Positions 30,421 through 39,329 of a stretch of 64,000 bases of DNA are shown here, piece by piece. This stretch comes from a virus. Made by a program: the position numbers and the translations under genes. Position 1 is the first letter of the stretch. Every line of letters begins with the position of its first letter. The stretch is from positions 1-64,000 of the IMG/VR virus record IMGVR_UViG_3300042346_000326. One strand, given 5' to 3'. The notes below the pieces were generated by a model, which saw only the letters and a list, made by a program, of their open reading frames with translations, was not told where the DNA came from and did not search any database.

Positions 30421-30719
30421 TGTTCAATGACCGTAGAAAGTCTAGTCTTCCCAGTACTGATTCTTTAGCAAACACATATGGCACAAACCTTCCTGGTGCT
30501 ACAGGAAAGAAGCGCACTGCAGCGCAGTGGGAAGCAAGAGCATCTGTTTTGGCTGCGGGTCGTTCAGGCGCCATTAAAGCCACACCAAAACCTAAAAAAG
30601 AACCATCAAAGTTAAGCAAAAAAATTGGTGGAATGATTATGGGCACTGGGTCTAGTAATAGAAAGACCGTAAAAGAAAACCGTGCTGCTATTAATGCAGA
30701 ACTAAAGAAAGGCAAATAA
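30417..30719 (+). CDS. Basic hypothetical protein
   Basis: ATGA coupling; Lys-rich. Confidence 0.5.
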   Translation: MMFNDRRKSSLPSTDSLANTYGTNLPGATGKKRTAAQWEARASVLAAGRSGAIKATPKPKKEPSKLSKKIGGMIMGTGSSNRKTVKENRAAINAELKKGK

Positions 30720-30923
30720 ATGGCAGTCAACTCATCTCGTTCAATGAACAAGTCTCTTAATGATGGAGCGACAGACGGTAAATACCGTAAAGTTCGCCCA
30801 GATACAGAAGAGAATGCAATGAATACCTCAGCAACTGAGGCTAATCGTCAATCTCTACATCCATTCTATGGATATGGGTTTACTACAACTGAATATCCAA
30901 ACAAGGTAAATCCAGGAAAGTAG
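30720..30923 (+). CDS. Hypothetical protein
   Basis: Adjacent ORF in a tight operon. Confidence 0.5.
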   Translation: MAVNSSRSMNKSLNDGATDGKYRKVRPDTEENAMNTSATEANRQSLHPFYGYGFTTTEYPNKVNPGK

Positions 30924-30925
30924 TC

Positions 30926-31108
30926 ATGGCAAAAATCTCTCCTAAACAATTTGGTGCTTCTCCTGAATGTGAAGTTTGTTACGCAAAATTGCATGAGACA
31001 CCTCTTTATCGTCATGGAGGAAGTGTTTACTGCGAACAAGACTTAGATAGGGCCATAAATGAAAAATGGCATCCTGGTTCTAAAAAAATTACAGAAATAA
31101 AAAGGTAA
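30926..31108 (+). CDS. Small Zn-binding protein
   Basis: CEVC...YCEQD. Confidence 0.5.
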   Translation: MAKISPKQFGASPECEVCYAKLHETPLYRHGGSVYCEQDLDRAINEKWHPGSKKITEIKR

Positions 31109-31112
31109 TACA

Positions 31113-31436
31113 ATGGCTAAAAAAGTTACTCATAAGAATCTTGGTGAAGCAGTTATTGCAAGAGAGTCTTTTGTAGGACCAAGCAGCCGTGGCGGTTCTA
31201 TTGCTGAAGTTGGTACCGAAACAGGAATGTTGCCATCTCATCTTGCCGAAGCAATGCGTTCACACAATCCAACTTATGTAGTTAAATCTTATAACACCCC
31301 TGTTGCATGGCATGGAGATAAGGGATGGGTAGTTCCTGATGTTAATTACAGTAAAACTACATCTCGTTTACAGGGCGGAATTCGTCGTTCAATCAATGCG
31401 CATTTTGCCGATGCGCATAACAGCGCAAGGAGTTAA
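31113..31436 (+). CDS. Phage hypothetical protein
   Basis: YVVKSYNTPVAW...YSKTTSRLQ. Confidence 0.55.
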   Translation: MAKKVTHKNLGEAVIARESFVGPSSRGGSIAEVGTETGMLPSHLAEAMRSHNPTYVVKSYNTPVAWHGDKGWVVPDVNYSKTTSRLQGGIRRSINAHFADAHNSARS

Positions 31437-31438
31437 CT

Positions 31439-31711
31439 GTGGGTAGCATGCACGCTGAAGAATACGCTTCAATGAAGGGCAAAAATAAAGACATTGGATT
31501 GCTTGCTCATCTCCGAAGCAATTTATACCCACCAGTTCCTTCTTCAATGCTTGGACCATCAAAGCGTGCAATCAATGCCGTTAATCGTGGAAAGCATGAT
31601 TCAAAGATTAAACTCCCAGATGGCATTACTTGGCGTGGACAGAAGCACGCTCCAGCACACGCTATTGTTGAAGGTCATCGTCTTGATGCCTGGATTAATC
31701 CTGTAGACTAA
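31439..31711 (+). CDS. Phage hypothetical protein
   Basis: HLRSNLYPPVP...AIVEGHRLDAW; AGGAG RBS. Confidence 0.55.
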   Translation: MGSMHAEEYASMKGKNKDIGLLAHLRSNLYPPVPSSMLGPSKRAINAVNRGKHDSKIKLPDGITWRGQKHAPAHAIVEGHRLDAWINPVD

Positions 31712-31715
31712 TTCC

Positions 31716-31904
31716 ATGGCTAAAGGAAGAGGCGGGAAACCTGCTGTATCAAAAGTTATGACCAATGATGGTCGTAAGAACGGCAAAGCACGTAAAAAAC
31801 ACCCAAAGACCAACCGTAAAACGGGTAAGTCTTGCTGTGGCTATTCCATTAAAAGAACTGATAGATTAGGACATGACCAAGGTCATACAAAAGTAGCAGC
31901 ATAA
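31716..31904 (+). CDS. Small basic protein
   Basis: Lys/Arg-rich ORF. Confidence 0.4.
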   Translation: MAKGRGGKPAVSKVMTNDGRKNGKARKKHPKTNRKTGKSCCGYSIKRTDRLGHDQGHTKVAA

Positions 31905-31912
31905 GGAGCATT

Positions 31913-32461
31913 ATGTCTAACGTACCACTCATCGGTTCTAAGAAGGTTGAAAAGAAAGAGACCTTTCGTCTTCTACATTGCTGGGTTTGTGACACTCTAG
32001 AAGAGTTGCCACCATTTGAAGGTCCAGCAGACCAAGACTATCTTCTTGCTGTTGCCTGTGAAAGACACGTATTTGATTCTGGAGAACCACATAAAGGAAA
32101 TTTATTTGTTGATATTCCTGTAAAGGCATGGCAAGACGCAGAGACACGCAAAGATACCATTCGTCAAATACGACAAGGTGGTTCAAAAGGCCTTGCTGAA
32201 ATTGATGACACCTTTTATGACACTCGCTCTACCTTTATGGAAGATGCGATGAAGTGTTATCAAGCACACAATAAACCAAAAGATGGCTGCAATGATTGGC
32301 ACCACTCTGACAAGATGTTGATTCCTAATACAATAAAAGAGCGTCGCAAAGAGGGTCTTGAAAGTTATGAAAACGCATCAGGAGTAAAGACCTATCTTTG
32401 TGATTTTTGTCCTGTAGCGATAGGTGTAGCACAACGTAAACAGAAATTGATGGGACTATAA
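31913..32461 (+). CDS. Cys/His-rich hypothetical protein
   Basis: CWVC, CYQAH...C, LCDFCP; AGGAG RBS. Confidence 0.6.
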   Translation: MSNVPLIGSKKVEKKETFRLLHCWVCDTLEELPPFEGPADQDYLLAVACERHVFDSGEPHKGNLFVDIPVKAWQDAETRKDTIRQIRQGGSKGLAEIDDTFYDTRSTFMEDAMKCYQAHNKPKDGCNDWHHSDKMLIPNTIKERRKEGLESYENASGVKTYLCDFCPVAIGVAQRKQKLMGL

Positions 32462-32463
32462 TA

Positions 32464-32829
32464 ATGGACGAAATAAAACAAGTAACTGACCCTGTAGAGA
32501 CTGAAAAGGCTTGGGAAGACTTAGGAAGACCAAATGAATCCACTCCTAATGCTGTGTTTAGATTTACGATAACTTCTTTAACCGATGGGTCTTTAACGAC
32601 TTCTGTAGAACCCGCAGATGAGATAAATAGGCTTGTTAGAACGGCTTCTACTTTTGATATATACCAATCATGCAAAGAGATTAGTCAAGATATAGAGAGC
32701 ATGATGCTGGCTGACCGTGTGGCAAAGGCTGTTGTGGCTAATATCCAACCAGCAGATAGCGCCAAAGAATTACGAGATAAACTCCTCTCTGCATTGAGCG
32801 ATAGAGGCATAGAGACACCGAAAGCCTAA
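32464..32829 (+). CDS. Hypothetical protein
   Basis: ORF in operon. Confidence 0.55.
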   Translation: MDEIKQVTDPVETEKAWEDLGRPNESTPNAVFRFTITSLTDGSLTTSVEPADEINRLVRTASTFDIYQSCKEISQDIESMMLADRVAKAVVANIQPADSAKELRDKLLSALSDRGIETPKA

Positions 32830-32848
32830 AGAGACATAGACTAGGCGT

Positions 32849-33778
32849 ATGGAACGCCAGTTAGGTCTAGATGAGCCTGTTGAGATTCAACGTGGCTCTA
32901 CTTCCTATTTCTCACAGCCTGAAGAAGAGTTAGACCCTCAACTCTTTACTGGCACAGTTCTCAAAGGCTGGGTGCGTAACGGCATTCTTCATCTTTTATT
33001 TGATTTTTTGAATGAAACTTACCGACACCCAGACCTTTGGGCTCACGCTTGGATTGCAGGTTCTGCAGTTTCTTTTCAGTGGGCAGCACATCGTGACCCA
33101 GGAGATTTAGACGTTCTTATTGGTGTTGACTATGTGCAATTCCGCAAAGCGCATCCTGAGTACATTGGCTTATCTGATACGGAAATTAGCAAGATGCTCA
33201 ACGAAGATTTTCGTGAGCAGTTGCAACCAGAGACAACTAACTGGCATGGCTTTGAAGTTACTTTTTATGTAAATCCTGGTGCTACGGATATTCGCACAAT
33301 CAATCCTTATGCTGCATACGATTTAAAGTACAACGAGTGGACAGTCTTTCCACGTCGTACTTCTGCACCCCGTAATGCTGCATGGGAGAAGGCTGCACAA
33401 CGTGACAAGACTATGGCTTCAGACATCGTTACTCGTTACTCTAGGGCGTTAACAGAAATGCAGTCTGCTCCTAACGATGCTGCACGTCGTAATGCTGAAT
33501 TTAAGTTAGAGCAGGCTCTTGAACATGGTTCGATGTTATTTGAAGACATTCATCGTTCTCGAAAACTTGCTTTTACAGAATTTGGTAGGGGATACGATGA
33601 CTTTTATAACTACCGTTGGCAAGCAGGAAAGAAATACGGAACTGTACCCGCATTACGCAAGATGCATGACTATCTCAAAGCACGTCAAGAAGAACAGGCC
33701 GTTGAAACTTATGGCGTAGAGTTACCAGATACACAGACGCTCATAAGGAGAGCAGCAACTTATAGAGTAAAGGAATAA
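32849..33778 (+). CDS. Pol-beta-superfamily nucleotidyltransferase
   Basis: IAGSAVS...GDLDVLI, then EVTFYV. Confidence 0.75.
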   Translation: MERQLGLDEPVEIQRGSTSYFSQPEEELDPQLFTGTVLKGWVRNGILHLLFDFLNETYRHPDLWAHAWIAGSAVSFQWAAHRDPGDLDVLIGVDYVQFRKAHPEYIGLSDTEISKMLNEDFREQLQPETTNWHGFEVTFYVNPGATDIRTINPYAAYDLKYNEWTVFPRRTSAPRNAAWEKAAQRDKTMASDIVTRYSRALTEMQSAPNDAARRNAEFKLEQALEHGSMLFEDIHRSRKLAFTEFGRGYDDFYNYRWQAGKKYGTVPALRKMHDYLKARQEEQAVETYGVELPDTQTLIRRAATYRVKE

Positions 33779-33779
33779 C

Positions 33780-34268
33780 TTGAACATACTTCTATCACTA
33801 AACGGGGTACTACGGGCGGAATCTGGAGAACCAAACAGAGCAGGGGTAATCCTGTACTACGCTCTTAATGCTGCACACCGTGTTGCCATCATTACAAAAG
33901 ATGATAAAGACAATGCAAAACATTGGTTACAGTCTCACGGCATAATCGGCTACGATGATTTGCTGGATAACTCTGTTGATTTAGCGGGCGAAGACTTAAA
34001 GAAGCGTCAGTTTCTTCTCAGCAGAGGAAAATCTCCTGTTGAAATGTACATTGACTCTGACCCAGAGATGTGTGCGTGGGTATTTGAGCACCAGAATGTT
34101 CCTACTCTCCTGGTCAGTCATCCAAGTTACTTGCCAGTAGAACATCGACCAGATGCTCCTCGCAAGGTTCGTGCATGGAATGAGATTGAAGAGGCTGTTA
34201 CAAGAGTTAACATTGCTAAATCAAAGTTTGCATCACAACCAAAAGATGTAACTCTGTGGGATGACTGA
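33780..34268 (+). CDS. HAD-fold protein (degenerate motif I)
   Basis: ILLSLNGVL (DxDG equivalent), WLQSHGI...YDDL, YIDSDP. Confidence 0.55.
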   Translation: MNILLSLNGVLRAESGEPNRAGVILYYALNAAHRVAIITKDDKDNAKHWLQSHGIIGYDDLLDNSVDLAGEDLKKRQFLLSRGKSPVEMYIDSDPEMCAWVFEHQNVPTLLVSHPSYLPVEHRPDAPRKVRAWNEIEEAVTRVNIAKSKFASQPKDVTLWDD

Positions 34269-35770
34269 TGATTATTTTCTCAGGTACAGAGGTTGGCAGT
34301 AATCGCACCCTTCTAGAGGGTATGAAGGTCGAGTCGATGGGGCTCAACTATTGGGGTTTGCGTAAACGGGGACTACCAAAAACAAAGACATGGTTGATAT
34401 CTGAACATTTTGATGACAATACAAAAGTTTACATTGAATCAGGTGCATCACAAGCGGACAAGTCTGGTCTGTCCAAAACAGAGTTAGAAGACCTTGCCGC
34501 TGACTACCAGGAGTTTCTGGTTAACAACGCTGACAGGGCCGCAGCCTTCTTAGAGTTTGACTCACAGACTCTGGGCAAAGAATGGGTCGCCCAACAACGT
34601 TCCTTTTTCAGTAATGACCCTAAGTTATGGGTAATCTGGCATCAAGAGTACGGGATACAGAACCTCAAAGAACTATCAGAGCAATTCCAAAATGTTGCAA
34701 TACCCAATGAAGAGATTGAATCGGTAACTAACCTTGCAGGTATTGTGAGGTCATACCAGAGACAGTATGGAACCCATTATCATGGCATTGGATGTGCCAA
34801 GCCAGACAACTTGAGACAGATACCATTTGCCACAGCCAGCACATTGTCATGGATATCGCCTATGAGACGAGGCGAAACAATCATCTGGGATGGAACAAAG
34901 TTAGTTAGATATCCCAAGAAGATGAAGGACCAAGCCAGACCTCGCTATAAGGCGATTGTAGAGAAAGCAGGACTGGACTATTTAGAGTTTGTCAACGATA
35001 GTACCCTTGAAGCCACTAAGGTAGCGGTGTGGTCATACCTACGATTGGAAGAGTCAATGGATAAGAAGAGACCCGATTTACACATCATTGATGGTGGAAA
35101 AAAAGAAGAAGTATCTGATAACAGCGATACGCCCCTTATGTCGGGTTTGATGGAATTAGGGGGGTACCTTTCTGATAACAGTGGAGCAGAAGGGAGGAAA
35201 GTGGAGCGAAGTGAAGTGGTTCCACGAGCCCCTGAAGAGATGCAGAATTTACCTGTCTTTGGCTTTAAAACAAAAACTGTAGTAGAAACAGATGAAGATG
35301 GAAAGGACATTCTTAAAGATGTACCCGTCATTCAAACGCAGAGTAGTTCAATTCGTCAGTGCAACACTTGCTTTGTCGCTGCTAATTGCCCTGCTTTCAA
35401 GCCTGATAATTCTTGTGCCTTCAATCTTCCAGTAGAAGTTAAGACCAAGGAACAACTAAAAGCCCTGCTCACAGCCATAATTGAGATGCAAGGACAGCGT
35501 GTAGCGTTCATGCGTTTTGCCGAAGAAGTGAACGGTGGGTATGCAGACCCTAACGTTTCACAAGAGATAGACCGACTATTTAAGTTAGTCAATCAGGTCA
35601 AGGAGATGGAATCTAACAAGGAGTTTATACAGATTACAGCCCAACGCCAGAGCGCTGGTGGCGTTCTTTCAGCCATCTTTGGAGACCGTGCTCAAGCATT
35701 ACGTGAGTTGCCAGAAACGCTAAAAGAAGATACGGTTACAAAAATAATCACAGAATCTATTGAAGAGTGA
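34268..35770 (+). CDS. Putative TGT/DpdA-like TIM-barrel fused to a Cys-rich C-terminal domain
   Basis: YIESGA, LEFD, HGIG, STLSW resemble DSGA/LD/HGLG/DSxSW; C-terminal CNTC...CP...C. Confidence 0.4.
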   Translation: MIIFSGTEVGSNRTLLEGMKVESMGLNYWGLRKRGLPKTKTWLISEHFDDNTKVYIESGASQADKSGLSKTELEDLAADYQEFLVNNADRAAAFLEFDSQTLGKEWVAQQRSFFSNDPKLWVIWHQEYGIQNLKELSEQFQNVAIPNEEIESVTNLAGIVRSYQRQYGTHYHGIGCAKPDNLRQIPFATASTLSWISPMRRGETIIWDGTKLVRYPKKMKDQARPRYKAIVEKAGLDYLEFVNDSTLEATKVAVWSYLRLEESMDKKRPDLHIIDGGKKEEVSDNSDTPLMSGLMELGGYLSDNSGAEGRKVERSEVVPRAPEEMQNLPVFGFKTKTVVETDEDGKDILKDVPVIQTQSSSIRQCNTCFVAANCPAFKPDNSCAFNLPVEVKTKEQLKALLTAIIEMQGQRVAFMRFAEEVNGGYADPNVSQEIDRLFKLVNQVKEMESNKEFIQITAQRQSAGGVLSAIFGDRAQALRELPETLKEDTVTKIITESIEE

Positions 35771-35788
35771 TATCTGATAACAGGTAAA

Positions 35789-36517
35789 ATGGGGAGTAAA
35801 ATCATTAAGATTTTAAAGTTTATACCAGATTTAAAAACTACTTCTATAGAAATCTCTTCTCCAGTCCCTGCCATCACGACCATACCAAATTGGTACAGGA
35901 CTATACCTCAGTTTATGAATGGTGAAAAGAAACTTAAAGTAATTCCTGGTGAAAGAAGCGTAAATACTACTGTAAAACGTTGCACCCCCTTTTTGGATGG
36001 AATGACCATAGGTTATATGCTGGTTTTGTCAGACGATATTCAAGTTGTAATAGATACTCAAACAGGTTTTCAAGGTCTTTGGTGGAGAACTTCTTCTACA
36101 TTAGTTACTGAACATGCTTCAGAACAACATCCAAATCTTTACATTTCAGAAGAATATTCAAATAAAGTTTTTAAATGGGCAAATGAATGGCAGTTACAAA
36201 CTCCTCCAGGTTACAGTCTCTATTGTTCTCATCCTTCTAACAGGCTAGACCTTCCCTTTCATACTTTTACAGGAGTTGTTGATTCAGACCTTTACCCGTT
36301 GTCTACTCAATTTCCTTTTGTGATTAAAAAAGACTTTGAAGGTATTATTGAACGAGGAACGCCTGTTGCTCAACTAATCCCAATAAAGAGAGATTTATGG
36401 AAGTCTCAAGTTGAACTTTACGATGAAACAAGTCACCCACGAAGAATGCGTCAATTTTTTGGAAAAATAGACAGGGCATACAAAAACAACTTTTGGTCTA
36501 AAAAGGTTTATCAATAG
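35789..36517 (+). CDS. Hypothetical protein (dUTPase-like beta fold)
   Basis: KRCTPFLDGM, TPPGYS...HP, GVVDSD, IERGTPVAQLIP. Confidence 0.5.
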   Translation: MGSKIIKILKFIPDLKTTSIEISSPVPAITTIPNWYRTIPQFMNGEKKLKVIPGERSVNTTVKRCTPFLDGMTIGYMLVLSDDIQVVIDTQTGFQGLWWRTSSTLVTEHASEQHPNLYISEEYSNKVFKWANEWQLQTPPGYSLYCSHPSNRLDLPFHTFTGVVDSDLYPLSTQFPFVIKKDFEGIIERGTPVAQLIPIKRDLWKSQVELYDETSHPRRMRQFFGKIDRAYKNNFWSKKVYQ

Positions 36518-36639
36518 TTTAACAACCTGCATTAACTTTTGAACTTTTTGCTATTGATAGGTGCATGATAGGATTTTGAACATAACAATGTTCCTCCCTT
36601 TTTAGGGGTATTTAACAATTATATGAAATGGTAGGGGAT

Positions 36640-38652
36640 ATGAATTATTTTTCTTTTAAGTTGGCTGAAGACTTTGTTACTCAATACAAAGGCAAGAAGT
36701 CACCTTTTGGTTATCAAGACGCTGGCGGGAATTCTGTAGGAGAGATTACCTTTCTTCGTACCTATTCTCGTCTAAAGGAAGATGGTCGCAAAGAGACGTG
36801 GGTTGATGTATGTGAGCGGGTTATCAATGGCATGTACTCTCTACAGAAGGACCACGCTAAGAGTCAACGTCTTCCATGGTCTGATGCCAAAGCAGCAGCC
36901 TCCGCTAAGGAAGCATTTGACCGCCTCTTCAATCTAAAGTGGACACCACCTGGACGTGGTCTGTGGGTCATGGGCACGCCTCTTGTGAATGTCCAACGAA
37001 ACTCCGCAGCATTACAAAACTGTGCATTCGTCTCGACTGGTTCCATGACAAAGACAGACCCAGCAAAACCATTTGCTTTCTTAATGGAAGCATCGATGCT
37101 GGGAGTTGGTGTTGGTTTTGATGACAAGGGCGCAGACAAAGACTTCACTATCTATGCACCACAAGGAGAACTCGATTATGAAATCCCTGATACAAGAGAA
37201 GGCTGGGTTGAATCAACTGCATCACTTATTAATGCCTACCTACGACCAGACTCTAAGGCTCCAAAGTTTGATTATTCAAAGGTTCGCCCAGCAGGAGAAC
37301 CAATTAAGATATTTGGTGGAACAGCAGCAGGACCAGACCCGTTAATTAAACTTCACGACTTGATTCGTGGAATGTTCGATAGTCGTGCAGGTCAGAAATT
37401 AACTCGCAGAGACATCGCAGACATCGGCAACATGATTGGTGTCTGTGTTGTATCTGGAAATGTTCGTCGTTCTGCTGAGTTGCTTATGGGCAGACTTGAT
37501 GATGAAGAGTTTCTAAACCTTAAGAACTACGACAAACACCCAGAGCGCCTTGCTCATGGCTGGATGTCAAACAACTCTGTTGAGGTATCTGTTGGTCAAG
37601 ACCTATCGCCAATCATTGATGGTATTGCTCGCAACGGTGAGCCAGGAGTTATCTGGATGGATGTCACTCGCAAGTATGGTCGCCTTGCTGACCCTGAGAA
37701 CAACAAGGATTGGCGTGCTGTTGGCTACAACCCATGCGCTGAACAGTCACTTGAATCCTACGAATGCTGCACACTAGTTGAGACCTACCTCAATCGCCAC
37801 GAGAACCTAGAAGACTTTTTGCGCACCCTAAAGTTTGCATATCTTTATGCAAAGACTGTAACGCTTCTTCCTACTCACTGGGAAGAGACCAACGCCATCA
37901 TGCAGCGCAATCGTCGTATTGGAACTTCTATATCTGGCGTTGCAAACTTTGCAGATAACAGGGGCTTGCCAACTCTTCGTGAGTGGATGGATAAAGGCTA
38001 TTCAGTAATTCAAAGTTATGACAAGAACTACTCTGAGTGGCTAGGTATCCGTGAGTCAATCAAGACTACAACTGTTAAGCCAAGCGGAACAGTCTCTATC
38101 CTTGCTGGTGAATCTCCTGGAGTTCACTGGTCTGTTGGTGGCAAATACTTTATGCGTGCTATTCGTTTTGCAAACAATGACCCAATGCTTCCATTGTTTA
38201 AGATGGCGAATTACAGAGTAGAACCCGCCAATGAATCTCCTGATACGACTTCTGTTGTCTTCTTCCCTGTAAAGTCAGATGCTATACGTTCTGAGAAGGA
38301 TGTAAGTATCTACGAGAAGATGGCACTTGCTGCTACTGCACAAAGATATTGGTCAGATAACTCTGTAAGTGTGACTATCTCATTTGACCCTGAAAAAGAG
38401 TCTTCGGCTATTGGAACTGTGCTTCACATGTATGACGGACAGTTAAAGACAGTCTCATTCTTACCAAGTGGTAACCATATCTATCCTCAAATGCCTTACA
38501 CACAGATAGGTGAAGAGTTCTACAACGATGCAACTATGGAAATCTTCCCGATTGATTTTAGTGGCGTTTATGCTGGAATGGCAGCCGATGCAATTGGTGA
38601 AGCGTATTGCACAACTGATGCGTGTGAGATAAAGTTAATCTCAAACACATAA
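36640..38652 (+). CDS. nrdJ: Class II (B12-dependent) ribonucleotide reductase, RTPR type
   Basis: PPGRGLW, LQNCAF, GNVRRSA, NPCAEQ, TVKPSGTVS, C-terminal CTTDAC; no beta subunit nearby. Confidence 0.92.
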   Translation: MNYFSFKLAEDFVTQYKGKKSPFGYQDAGGNSVGEITFLRTYSRLKEDGRKETWVDVCERVINGMYSLQKDHAKSQRLPWSDAKAAASAKEAFDRLFNLKWTPPGRGLWVMGTPLVNVQRNSAALQNCAFVSTGSMTKTDPAKPFAFLMEASMLGVGVGFDDKGADKDFTIYAPQGELDYEIPDTREGWVESTASLINAYLRPDSKAPKFDYSKVRPAGEPIKIFGGTAAGPDPLIKLHDLIRGMFDSRAGQKLTRRDIADIGNMIGVCVVSGNVRRSAELLMGRLDDEEFLNLKNYDKHPERLAHGWMSNNSVEVSVGQDLSPIIDGIARNGEPGVIWMDVTRKYGRLADPENNKDWRAVGYNPCAEQSLESYECCTLVETYLNRHENLEDFLRTLKFAYLYAKTVTLLPTHWEETNAIMQRNRRIGTSISGVANFADNRGLPTLREWMDKGYSVIQSYDKNYSEWLGIRESIKTTTVKPSGTVSILAGESPGVHWSVGGKYFMRAIRFANNDPMLPLFKMANYRVEPANESPDTTSVVFFPVKSDAIRSEKDVSIYEKMALAATAQRYWSDNSVSVTISFDPEKESSAIGTVLHMYDGQLKTVSFLPSGNHIYPQMPYTQIGEEFYNDATMEIFPIDFSGVYAGMAADAIGEAYCTTDACEIKLISNT

Positions 38653-38654
38653 GG

Positions 38655-38690
38655 AAAAAGCCCCTCGTAATTGAGGGGCTTTCTCTTTTG
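38655..38690. terminator. Bidirectional intrinsic terminator between convergent nrdJ and SLT
   Basis: AAAGCCCCTC-6nt-GAGGGGCTTT with A- and T-rich flanks. Confidence 0.85.
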
Positions 38691-38745
38691 GTATTGCTTT
38701 TGGTATGACTTTGCTTTTTAAGCCTTTACCTATTGCTTTACCTAT

Positions 38746-39321
38746 TTAGTTCTTGCCTTTGCCTTTTGCTATTGCTTTGGCTTTTGGCTTGGTATCAGGG
38801 AACTTTGCTATCCATTCTTGGGTTCTAGCGGTCATTCCCTTCCACGCACTCCAATTCTCGCCCCCATTGCTCATGTGATAAGCAATCTGAGCGTTTACCA
38901 CAGGGTTTAGCAGTTCGGCATTGGAATCCAATCCAAACTTCGCTCTTCTGTCTGCACCCAACTCTCCTAGCATGTTTATCTGAAACAAGCCGTATGAGTT
39001 GTCGCCTGTTGAGGCGTTCCCATTATGTGCGAGCGGTCTACCCGATGATTCTTTCTTCGCAACTGCCCATGCTTCTCGTAGGTCTTGCCCTTCGAACCCA
39101 ACTGCTTTCAGTAGGGCTACTAGTTCTAGGTCACTCAACTTGTGAGAGTTCTCGAACTTGGCAAGCAACTTGTCGCTGGACTCTTGCTCGACTTGGGCTT
39201 CCAACGCCTCTGCCTTTGTGGGGCTAAACGCTGGAGTGATTCTCCCTACTCCGAATGTTCCTGAAAGGAACGCGGTAGTTAGAATCAACACTACAAGCCG
39301 ATTTTGTGTTTCTAGTTTCAT
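38746..39321 (-). CDS. Membrane-anchored/secreted lytic transglycosylase (SLT)
   Basis: N-terminal hydrophobic helix; AKKESSG, SYGLFQIN, LLNPVVNA, WSAW. Confidence 0.85.
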   Translation of the reverse strand: MKLETQNRLVVLILTTAFLSGTFGVGRITPAFSPTKAEALEAQVEQESSDKLLAKFENSHKLSDLELVALLKAVGFEGQDLREAWAVAKKESSGRPLAHNGNASTGDNSYGLFQINMLGELGADRRAKFGLDSNAELLNPVVNAQIAYHMSNGGENWSAWKGMTARTQEWIAKFPDTKPKAKAIAKGKGKN

Positions 39322-39329
39322 CAGTTCTC

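Noticed and set aside
12799-38652. Inteins or introns in dnaB, polA, recA, nrdJ
   Set aside because: ORFs are uninterrupted and of normal length; no splice motifs noticed
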